Shown here: positions 1 through 7,770 of the stretch, in pieces
Position numbering within the stretch: the stretch's first letter is position 1
How the letters are laid out: every line of letters begins with the position of its first letter
Source: Methylacidiphilum caldifontis
Lineage (GTDB): Bacteria > Verrucomicrobiota > Verrucomicrobiia > Methylacidiphilales > CAMAQI01
NCBI GenBank assembly: GCA_945860255.1
Contig: CAMAQI010000003.1
Coordinates: 1 to 35,210 of the forward strand
Direction: 5' to 3'
DNA: 35,210 nucleotides
The notes under the pieces: model-generated
The model's input: only the letters and a program-made list of their open reading frames with translations
Databases searched by the model: none
Told to the model about the DNA's origin: nothing
Made by a program: the position numbers and the translations under genes

Positions 1-272
1 TAATGGCAATTTTTATGCGTCGATTTACCACCGCAGGAGCGGTCGCGAGTATGATCGTGGGAACTCTGTCCTCCTTGCTTTTAATCTGGTTTTCACCGAC
101 GGTACACATCGATATTTTGAAGCATTCGGAAGCTCTTTTTCCCTGGAAAAATCCGGCTCTTGTCAGCGTTCCACTTTCTTTTGTCGTCGGGATTGTGGTC
201 TCGATGCTGACCTATCGACTTGAAGATGATCTCAAGTACCGAGCCCTCGAAAAGAAATTGCATTTAGGATAA
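1..272 (+). CDS. actP: Sodium:solute symporter family (ActP-like cation/acetate symporter), C-terminal fragment truncated by the window start
   Basis: Hydrophobic helices with RRFTTAGAVASMIVG and FPWKNPALVSVPLSF, typical of the ActP/SSS C-terminus. The frame is open to the window edge and stops at TAA 270-272. Confidence 0.75.
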   Translation, partial: MAIFMRRFTTAGAVASMIVGTLSSLLLIWFSPTVHIDILKHSEALFPWKNPALVSVPLSFVVGIVVSMLTYRLEDDLKYRALEKKLHLG

Positions 273-276
273 TCAT

Positions 277-326
277 CACCCGGTCTAGCCAGAACCAAGA
301 CTCGCTTGGTTGTGGTATAATGGGTG
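277..326 (+). other. Long imperfect stem-loop just downstream of the symporter stop codon (possible terminator or RNA-stability element)
   Basis: AACCAAG (293-299) pairs with CTTGGTT (305-311), extended by CCA/TGG and CACCC (277-281)/GGGTG (322-326). There is no strong U-tract directly after it. Confidence 0.4.
313..321 (+). promoter_or_regulatory. Candidate extended -10 sigma70-type promoter for glpX
   Basis: TGgTATAAT is a perfect TGn-TATAAT about 160 nt upstream of the glpX ATG. A second candidate, TTGCAT(442)-17 bp-TATAAG(465), lies closer to the gene. Confidence 0.4.
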
Positions 327-479
327 GGATCGAATTTATTTCTAAAAACGCCTCTCTATCGATCTCCCTTGATCTCAACGGTTTGTCATATAAATCGATT
401 CACTTTGCATATAAACGATCGTTAAATAGAAACTAATAAACTTGCATCACCTTCATAAGATTTTTATAAGTAGTTACTT

Positions 480-1526
480 ATGACACGCGATATTGAACGA
501 ACGATTGAGTTTGAATTTGTACGAGCCACCGAAAATGCGGCCCTTGTGGCCTCACTTCATTGGTTAGGTCGTGGTAATAAAGAGGCTGCCGATGAAGCGG
601 CTTGCGATGCGATCCGCGGCGTTATGGGGATGGTTGATATTGCCGGTGAATGTATGATTGGTGAGGGAATTAAAGATAAAGCCCCCGGAATTTTTTTAGG
701 GGATAAATTGGGAACCTGGAAAGAGGGCTCTCCTCGTTTTGAAATCGCACTAGATCCGATTGATGGAACCTCCAATATTGCGAAAGGATTGCCGAACTCG
801 ATTTCCGTCATGGGGGCAACACTTGTTGATGCAGGAAAGCCAGGGATTCGAAATCTTCCGGGATTTTATTGCGAAAAACTTTCTTATGGGCCGAAGGTCA
901 TCGCCTATATGCAGAAGTTGGGAATGAAGCATATTAAGCTCGATAATTCAGTTGAAGATACTCTTCCCCTGGTTGCTGCAGCGTTAGGAAAACGGGTCTC
1001 CGAGTTGGTCATTGTCACTTTAGATCGTCCCCGCAATCAACACATTATCGATCAAGTGCGCGCCGTCGGTGCCTCTTTACGTATGGTTTCCGATGGAGAT
1101 ATCACGGCGGCTGTGGCTCCTTCACTGCCTGATTCTGGGGTTGATCTCTACTGGGGGATTGGCGGAACTCCCGAAGCGATTTTAACGGCGATTGGATTAA
1201 AATGTTTAGGGGGAAATATTCAGTCTCGCATGTGGTTTAAGACGGAGGCCGAAAAACAGGAGCAATGCGCGGGAATGCTTCACGAAGATATTTCCAAGAT
1301 TTACCATGTTGATGATTTAGTTCTCAGTGAGAGCGCCATCTTCTGTGCGACCGGAATTAGCGACAGTCCCTTATTGCCTGGAGTGAAGTTTATTGGACGT
1401 ACAGCAACCACACAATCGATTTTGATGCGCGCCAAGAGTAAGACCGTTCGCTATATTCGTGCCGAGCATAACCTCGAGCATAAACGAATTCCGATGGGCC
1501 ATGATAAAGGTTACCACCACATTTAA
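480..1526 (+). CDS. glpX: Class II fructose-1,6-bisphosphatase (GlpX)
   Basis: 348 aa with motifs VRATENAA, GRGNKEAADEAA, IGEG, LDPIDGT, LDRPR, SDGDI, GIGGTPE and ATGISD. Confidence 0.95.
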   Translation: MTRDIERTIEFEFVRATENAALVASLHWLGRGNKEAADEAACDAIRGVMGMVDIAGECMIGEGIKDKAPGIFLGDKLGTWKEGSPRFEIALDPIDGTSNIAKGLPNSISVMGATLVDAGKPGIRNLPGFYCEKLSYGPKVIAYMQKLGMKHIKLDNSVEDTLPLVAAALGKRVSELVIVTLDRPRNQHIIDQVRAVGASLRMVSDGDITAAVAPSLPDSGVDLYWGIGGTPEAILTAIGLKCLGGNIQSRMWFKTEAEKQEQCAGMLHEDISKIYHVDDLVLSESAIFCATGISDSPLLPGVKFIGRTATTQSILMRAKSKTVRYIRAEHNLEHKRIPMGHDKGYHHI

Positions 1527-1574
1527 CATTTTTTCATTCTGGCATTCGGAAGAGCGATCGGATAAAAGAGAGTC

Positions 1575-1991
1575 ATGGGTGCAGATTCTCAGGTTGAAAG
1601 TGGGTTAAAATTAATGCCAAAATTTGATGTGAACGGGCTTTTGCCTTGTGTCACGATTGATGCCGCAACCCAACGGGTTCTCATGGTCGGCTACATGAAT
1701 GAGGAGGCTTTACGCCTCACGATTTCAACAAAGCGCGCGACTTACTTTACTCGTTCCCGAAAGAAAATATGGGTCAAGGGAGAGTCCTCGGGACATTTTC
1801 AAGAGGTCGTGGAACTCCTGGTTGACTGCGATCAAGATTGCATTGTCCTGAAGGTCAATCAACTCGGAGCCGCTTGTCATACCGGTTTTCCAAGTTGTTT
1901 TTACCGTCGCCTCAAACCAGGAACAGAAGAGGAGCTGGAGTTCCTGGGAGATGAAAAACAATTCGATCCCGCAAAAGTCTATTCAGTCTAA
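1575..1991 (+). CDS. hisI: Phosphoribosyl-AMP cyclohydrolase
   Basis: Motifs VLMVGYMNEEAL, TRSR..IWVKGESSGH, DCDQD and ACHTGFPSCFYR. Confidence 0.95.
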   Translation: MGADSQVESGLKLMPKFDVNGLLPCVTIDAATQRVLMVGYMNEEALRLTISTKRATYFTRSRKKIWVKGESSGHFQEVVELLVDCDQDCIVLKVNQLGAACHTGFPSCFYRRLKPGTEEELEFLGDEKQFDPAKVYSV

Positions 1992-2000
1992 AAGATCTTG

Positions 2001-2036
2001 ATTTAGCATTGCTATCAATGCTAGCAATGCTAGCGT
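2001..2036 (+). promoter_or_regulatory. Operator/promoter of the toxin-antitoxin operon (9-bp periodic TGCTAKCA boxes and a palindrome)
   Basis: attTAGCA (2001), TGCTATCA (2010), TGCTAGCA (2019) and TGCTAGCG (2028) recur every 9 bp. There is a perfect inverted repeat TAGCATTG-ctat-CAATGCTA (2004-2023) and an extended -10-like TGcTAGCGT (2028-2036). Confidence 0.7.
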
Positions 2037-2042
2037 TATTGG

Positions 2043-2294
2043 ATGAGCACGACCCTTACGATTCGTAATTTAGATGAAGCCGTAAAACAAAAACTTCGTC
2101 TTCAAGCGGCAATCCACGGACGATCGATGGAGGCAGAAGCGAGAGAAATTCTTTGGCGGGGGGTATTTCAAAAAGAGCACCCCCACTTTCAAGAGGCACA
2201 GGGAACAGCAAAAGGAAGGTTTGATTCGTTAATCGGCATTTGGAAGGGACGTCTTTCCACTGATGAGTTAATGAAAATCACCCGGGGAGAATAA
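2043..2294 (+). CDS. FitA/StbC-like ribbon-helix-helix antitoxin
   Basis: 83 aa. The N-terminus TLTIRNLDEAVKQKLRLQAAIHGRSMEAEAREIL is the FitA/StbC RHH signature, and the gene lies directly upstream of a PIN gene. Confidence 0.9.
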   Translation: MSTTLTIRNLDEAVKQKLRLQAAIHGRSMEAEAREILWRGVFQKEHPHFQEAQGTAKGRFDSLIGIWKGRLSTDELMKITRGE

Positions 2295-2297
2295 TCG

Positions 2298-2696
2298 ATG
2301 TCTATTCTCATCGATAGCAATGTGATTTTGGATCTTGTGAATCAAGATCCCATATGGCTTGATTGGTCTCTTTCTAGCATTGAGCGTTATAGCTCGGGAG
2401 GGCTTATCATCAATTCGATTATTTTCTCTGAGTTATCGACAAATGCGACAAGTACCGAGGAAGTCGAATCTCTTCTCAAGTCGCTGGAAATAGAAATGAT
2501 CGAAATTCCACGAAAAGCCCTATTCCTCGCCTCAAAAGTCCATCTTGATTATCGTCGTCGCGGAGGAACAAGATCGACTGGACTTCCTGATTTTTTCATA
2601 GGAGCCCATGCTCAAATTGCCTCTATCCCCCTCATCAGTCGTGATAAAAGTCGATATCAAACCTATTTTCCTCAGATTACGTTGATCTCTCCATAA
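2298..2696 (+). CDS. vapC: PIN-domain VapC-family toxin
   Basis: 132 aa with ILIDSNVILD, IFSEL, LPDFFIGAHA and LISRD (the acidic PIN catalytic residues). Confidence 0.92.
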   Translation: MSILIDSNVILDLVNQDPIWLDWSLSSIERYSSGGLIINSIIFSELSTNATSTEEVESLLKSLEIEMIEIPRKALFLASKVHLDYRRRGGTRSTGLPDFFIGAHAQIASIPLISRDKSRYQTYFPQITLISP

Positions 2697-3140
2697 GAAT
2701 AAAAGGGAGTCCAAGACGAAGGGAAGTCGTTAAAGTATGGGCTCGCATTATGGTTAAGGGAGGTGACCTCTACTCGTTAATTTCATTTTGGGACAAATAT
2801 TATCATGACACTCGGGCCAATACCTTTCCCTTTGTCATACACAACTCGTTTGGAAAAATTTCGGCTCTTGGCTTCGTACCATTCGATCCGATGCCCGCCC
2901 CTCAGAATCCGTCACTTCCTGCGCACTGCGTTCCTCAATGCCTCCATTTCTCGCAGATACTCCAGATATCTTCCCCTGCAAGTTATTGTTCCATAAATAC
3001 GCTGACCCCGTGCGTTCTTCATTCCTAAAAGCCGCATAAATCAAATCCAAAATTTTATCTTGAGAGTGGCAAAAATCCGCCATTCTTAAGCCGAAAGTTA
3101 AAGAAAAAATGAATATTGATGTGCACGATTTTCTGCTACG

Positions 3141-5063
3141 GTGAAGTATATGGAAACAAGCGGACAGATAATTGCGATCATACTAATAATATTAGCCGGT
3201 GCATTTTTGCTCTTTTTCGCAATTCCGTTCGTGAAAACCAAGAGTTCGTTAAAAAGGGCGATTAAAGGGCTCAAACAACTCAAAAAAGATCCAGATCCTA
3301 ATCTTGAATCCCTCTTCGCGGAATGCGATACACTATCTCACTTATGGGCCGAATATAAAGACACACTCCATGAGCAAAAGTCGCGTAATCCTGAAACAGG
3401 GGAATTTGCAGTAGTACGAATTCGCGCAACGGTTCCAGCAGAAGTTTACTTTAAAACTGACGTAATTGTGGACACGACGCTTAATGTTGATTTTTTTAAG
3501 CACTTACCAGGTATATTCACAGGGATAGGAATCATTGGAACATTCCTTGGAATTCTAAAAGGACTTCACGATTTTAAAATCTCCGACGACTCAAATATGG
3601 TTCGTCATTCGCTTCAAGGATTGTTAGGCGGCGTTACTGAAGCATTTTTAATTTCCTGCATTGCAATCTCATTAGCAATGGTAATCACGATCATCGAAAA
3701 GATATGCATTAACCTGCTCAATAAATATGTCGAGGTACTGGTGCAGTTAATTGACGGACTTTATAATGCTGGTGCCGGTGAAGAATATTTAGCTCGATTG
3801 GTTAAAGCGACTGAGGAATCAGCTGGGCAGATGTCCGTGTTAAAAAACACACTTGTTAAAGACTTAAAAGATATTCTTACTGAATTAACCAACAGGCAGA
3901 TTGCAGCAACTCAGCAATCTACAGAACACATAGGTGCTAATGTAAGCTCAGCTTTAGGAAAAATTCAGCAAGGGAACGGCAATGCGGTGGCCGGCATGAT
4001 GCAAGATGCAATGGCTGCTTTTTTGGCAAAAACAGAAAGCTTATTTAGCGGGCAAATTAATGGAATTAATGAGCTGCAGCGTCAAACAGCAGATTCTTTA
4101 AGGGATGCAGTATCCAACATTCAAAAAGCGGCTGGTGATATTAAAAATGCGGGGGCCAGCGGAGCAGAGGTAATGTCTAACAAACTTGCAAAGGCGATGC
4201 AGGATGCCGAGCAAAGACAGTCTGACATGGATGCCAGAATGAAAGTATTCCTCGACGAGTTAAAGAAAATTTCGGATGAGTCGGCGCAGAGTTCCCAACA
4301 AAAACTTCAAGTATCTCTTGATGTTCTCACAGCGACAATGAAGGAATTCACCGAACAAATCACAATTCAGGTAAAGGGAAGCGCTGAAGCAGGTAGAGAA
4401 AAGAACCAAGCCATTGCAGACACAGCCAAAATTGCCGTCGAGGGCATGGGAGGCCAAGTCAGTGCAGTGGTGGATGAAGTGGGCAAGGCAGTTGCGGAAA
4501 TGAATTCAGCAGTACAAACATTAAAACAGACAAGCGTTGATGCCTTTGGAAAGATGAATAGCGGCGCAGATACACTTTCAAATACACTGCGACAATTTAA
4601 CGATGCTGGTCAGAGCGTATTAATCACACTTCAAAAAGCAACACAACTAACAAATGACCTTTCAAAGACATCTGGCGACATTGCAACTGTCTCACAAGCA
4701 TTAAACGGCGTAAGCGGATCCTATAAAGATACGACAGAAAAAATGGTACAACTCGTTAACCAAATGAATCAGGTCGTTGAAACAGCAAAACGAGAGACTG
4801 GCGCAACATCTGATATAGTCGCGACAATTGAAAGGGCTAGTAAATCGTTAGTCGATGCTCAGAATAACGCAGATCAATATCTCCAACGGGTCAATCAAGT
4901 TATTGAAACAGCACATGGCGAATTTACAGAAGGAATGACAAAGGCCGTGGATGAGGCAAATACTAGTTTTCATCAGTCTCTTAATAATGCCGTTAACTTG
5001 TTGAGTGGCAGCATCCAAAATCTGTCTGATACAATCGACGAACTTAGCGATAAAAAGTCATGA
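3141..5063 (+). CDS. zorA: Zorya type I ZorA (MotA-like membrane domain plus long helical cytoplasmic tail)
   Basis: N-terminal TM, then HLPGIFTGIGIIGTFLGIL and EAFLISCIAISLAM helices, AGAGEEYLARLV, and over 400 aa of Ala/Gln/Ser-rich coiled tail. ATGA overlap with a MotB-like gene. Start is GTG 3141 or in-frame ATG 3150. Confidence 0.93.
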   Translation: MKYMETSGQIIAIILIILAGAFLLFFAIPFVKTKSSLKRAIKGLKQLKKDPDPNLESLFAECDTLSHLWAEYKDTLHEQKSRNPETGEFAVVRIRATVPAEVYFKTDVIVDTTLNVDFFKHLPGIFTGIGIIGTFLGILKGLHDFKISDDSNMVRHSLQGLLGGVTEAFLISCIAISLAMVITIIEKICINLLNKYVEVLVQLIDGLYNAGAGEEYLARLVKATEESAGQMSVLKNTLVKDLKDILTELTNRQIAATQQSTEHIGANVSSALGKIQQGNGNAVAGMMQDAMAAFLAKTESLFSGQINGINELQRQTADSLRDAVSNIQKAAGDIKNAGASGAEVMSNKLAKAMQDAEQRQSDMDARMKVFLDELKKISDESAQSSQQKLQVSLDVLTATMKEFTEQITIQVKGSAEAGREKNQAIADTAKIAVEGMGGQVSAVVDEVGKAVAEMNSAVQTLKQTSVDAFGKMNSGADTLSNTLRQFNDAGQSVLITLQKATQLTNDLSKTSGDIATVSQALNGVSGSYKDTTEKMVQLVNQMNQVVETAKRETGATSDIVATIERASKSLVDAQNNADQYLQRVNQVIETAHGEFTEGMTKAVDEANTSFHQSLNNAVNLLSGSIQNLSDTIDELSDKKS

Positions 5064-5749
5064 TAGGCACACGAATTTCGTTAGGGAAGAAACATAAGGA
5101 TGAAGGAGAAAAGCCATTCTGGATTTCTTTTTCTGACCTGATGACAGCACTGATGGTCTTATTTTTACTTGTCATGAGTGTTGCACTGCTTTCTGTCACA
5201 AAAACCGTGACAGATGCAGAACGTGAAAAGCTCGAAATGGAGAATGACATCGAATCAGTCATGAATGAAATTGAGCAATCCACAAAAGATTTCCCTGGAA
5301 TAACGATCGACAAAAAACGTGGGGTAATAGACTTCGGCGACAAAGCAAGGTTTGATACTGGCAGTAGTTCCCTAACCGCACAGCAAGGCGAATATCTGAG
5401 AGCGTTTATTCCCGGACTGCTCCAAATAGCCAACGGAATTAAAGGGACAAAGTGGCTTAAGCGATTTGTTGTGGAGGGATTTACCGATGAGCGAGGTGAG
5501 TATTTAATGAATCTCAACCTTAGCCTTCAAAGAAGCCAGCGTGTTATTACGATTGTGCTGGCTCCACCAAGCCCCGGAGCTGTTACTTTTACAACCGAGC
5601 AAATTCAGCAAATAAAAGAGAAGTTTTTGGTGGGAGGCTTTTCTTCAAATTCAGCAAAGAAGTCATATGAAGAAAGTCGTCGCATAGAAATCAGAATTGA
5701 GTGTTACAGTTTGGAAGAAAAGAAGAAAATGGAAGCTGCAAAACAGTAG
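5060..5749 (+). CDS. zorB: Zorya ZorB (MotB/OmpA-like, peptidoglycan-binding)
   Basis: EKPFWISFSDLMTALMVLFL TM with the conserved Asp, followed by an OmpA-like domain (VEGFTD, NLNLSLQRS, SRRIEIRI). Confidence 0.95.
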   Translation: MIGTRISLGKKHKDEGEKPFWISFSDLMTALMVLFLLVMSVALLSVTKTVTDAEREKLEMENDIESVMNEIEQSTKDFPGITIDKKRGVIDFGDKARFDTGSSSLTAQQGEYLRAFIPGLLQIANGIKGTKWLKRFVVEGFTDERGEYLMNLNLSLQRSQRVITIVLAPPSPGAVTFTTEQIQQIKEKFLVGGFSSNSAKKSYEESRRIEIRIECYSLEEKKKMEAAKQ

Positions 5750-5754
5750 TAATT

Positions 5755-7770
5755 ATGACAACCGCTGCCGATGAGCTTCAAACAGCACTTCATACCATAG
5801 GCAAAAGATCAATTGGTAGTCGTGCTTTTGTTGATTTGCGGCCCATGTCCAAAACTATTGAGATACTTAGTGCGATAAACGATAGACCAGTTCAAATTAG
5901 TAAACAGCCCATCGAAGAGGCGCTTCACATGTACATGGCCTGTGGGCAAATTGAGACACCAAGACAGGCTAAATATCTCTGTTACGGAATCTGCAGCTCA
6001 ATTGTCCAACACGGAAAAAAAATCAAGCTCATTACAAATCAGGACAAGCTAACAACTTTACTTTCCTACGTTGAAAAATTCACAGACAGACCACAACGAT
6101 TCCAACGCTATTACCGAGGGCTTTTGGATTCCTATTTTCATTTTTCGCTAGAGCACGGCCATGAAAGTAAAGAGAATGGGAGAGAACAACTCAGGCAATT
6201 TTTAGAATCAAAACTATCTTTGATCAATAAGGAGGGGATTAATCCACAGTGGGTTACAGAGCTTAATCGCAATAGCAATCTATTAGGAAAGCGGCCAACT
6301 AAGAAGTATAGCGAAATTTTTGCTGTCGAAGGATCAGATCCATTCATGGACGTATGTGATAAAGTCCAAATACGCGAAACAACATGGCTTCAAAAGGATT
6401 ACATTAATGAAAAGGTTAAAGCCATAGCGGCCATTGATGATCATGGTTTTAAATCAAAGATAACGTATTTACTTGGGTTAATTGAGCAAAACTTAGCATC
6501 ACAAAACACTAATTTAGCCTGTATATTAGACAGATACGCACAATGTTCTGATCCTTCAATCCATACCGATTTACGAGATAAAGCTGTCGGGCTCTGGAAA
6601 AATCCTTGGATTGAGGCCAATAAAGCGCAATGGGGACTGGTTGAAGATACAACAAGAGAAATGGTCGTTGGATGGCTTAAAAAACATCTCATAGGAGCAT
6701 TCTTCGAGTATTTATCGGCAGACGGGTCAAACAACAGTAGACGCGTCAATATGTGGCGTGAGTATCACGCTGAAATTGAAGATATGTATTTTGCGCTGGG
6801 AACAAACGCACAAAAAGACAACTCGCGTAGCATGCAAGACATGAAGCGGAAAATGGTAGGGAGAACATTGACTCTGGAGGGCGTGTCGAATACTAATAAT
6901 GCTTTCATTATGATTTTCCAAAAGCATGTGATCGTCGAATTTGGCGAGCATGGAAACGCGTGCTATATCTATGAAAGAGGAGCATATTTACCATTTAAAT
7001 TGCAAGGCCAGGTAATAGGTGACAGTAGCCAATTAAAAAATGATAGCTCTGCAGCATACGTTAATAAATTAAGGCACCGAGATAAAATAAGCGAAACATG
7101 GGAAGAAACGTTTAAAGATTATCTTAAAAGCCTTGGCATTAGAATTAAGGCGCACACCCCAAGAGCTGCGAATCCACCGATACATCGACCTATCCCGCGC
7201 CCTCCAGTTGAAGATAATCCGGGATTGCGTTTACCTGCGAATAAAAAGGCTGAAATTAATGTTGCAGATGAACAACTTATCGCATCACTACCGTTAAGAA
7301 AAGAATTTCGCCTCAAACTAGAGGAATTAGTTAGTGGAACTGGTGGACGGATCAAGAGAAAATTGAATAGTGCGAATGGAGTTTGGTTTTATCCCAAAAG
7401 CCTATTGACTCATGAACAAAAACGACAAATTGAAGAACTTGGATTCCAATGGAGTTCTATGGTGCAAGGATTTTCAAAGGAAGATTTTAACGATGAGATT
7501 ACTATTAAAATCGAAAATAAACAGTTAGATGAAGAGGGCGGATTTGACTGCAATGTACTAAAAGATGTGCAGCTGCCACCGCATATCAAAAACCCATTAA
7601 AAGATTTGTTTAAAAGCCATGCCCTGACAATAAATGACCTACGCCACAAAGGTGGATCGCTATGGGTAAGTGGCAATGAAACGAATATCCCACAACAAGT
7701 TAAGCATGAGTTGGAGCGATTGGGATTCCGCTGGTCAGCTAAACGAGAAGAATTTTATTTGCCTGTATGA
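5755..7770 (+). CDS. zorC: Zorya ZorC (EH-signature domain protein)
   Basis: EH-signature region NNAFIMIF..HVIVEFGEHGNACYIY...LRHRD..ETWE, located between zorB and a SNF2 helicase. ATG 5755 (5 nt after the zorB stop) is preferred to the track's 5701, giving 671 aa. Confidence 0.9.
   Translation: MTTAADELQTALHTIGKRSIGSRAFVDLRPMSKTIEILSAINDRPVQISKQPIEEALHMYMACGQIETPRQAKYLCYGICSSIVQHGKKIKLITNQDKLTTLLSYVEKFTDRPQRFQRYYRGLLDSYFHFSLEHGHESKENGREQLRQFLESKLSLINKEGINPQWVTELNRNSNLLGKRPTKKYSEIFAVEGSDPFMDVCDKVQIRETTWLQKDYINEKVKAIAAIDDHGFKSKITYLLGLIEQNLASQNTNLACILDRYAQCSDPSIHTDLRDKAVGLWKNPWIEANKAQWGLVEDTTREMVVGWLKKHLIGAFFEYLSADGSNNSRRVNMWREYHAEIEDMYFALGTNAQKDNSRSMQDMKRKMVGRTLTLEGVSNTNNAFIMIFQKHVIVEFGEHGNACYIYERGAYLPFKLQGQVIGDSSQLKNDSSAAYVNKLRHRDKISETWEETFKDYLKSLGIRIKAHTPRAANPPIHRPIPRPPVEDNPGLRLPANKKAEINVADEQLIASLPLRKEFRLKLEELVSGTGGRIKRKLNSANGVWFYPKSLLTHEQKRQIEELGFQWSSMVQGFSKEDFNDEITIKIENKQLDEEGGFDCNVLKDVQLPPHIKNPLKDLFKSHALTINDLRHKGGSLWVSGNETNIPQQVKHELERLGFRWSAKREEFYLPV

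Noticed and set aside
2750-3083. Short ORFs 2750-3028 (+), 2805-2996 (+) and 2835-3083 (-) as an extra Zorya-associated gene
   Set aside because: They overlap one another, have no recognisable motif or convincing RBS, and show atypical composition.
3700-5063. ZorA tail resembling a methyl-accepting chemotaxis protein or tape-measure protein; zorAB resembling flagellar motAB
   Set aside because: No MCP hairpin signature and no flagellar or phage genes nearby. The zorC/zorD context explains it as Zorya.
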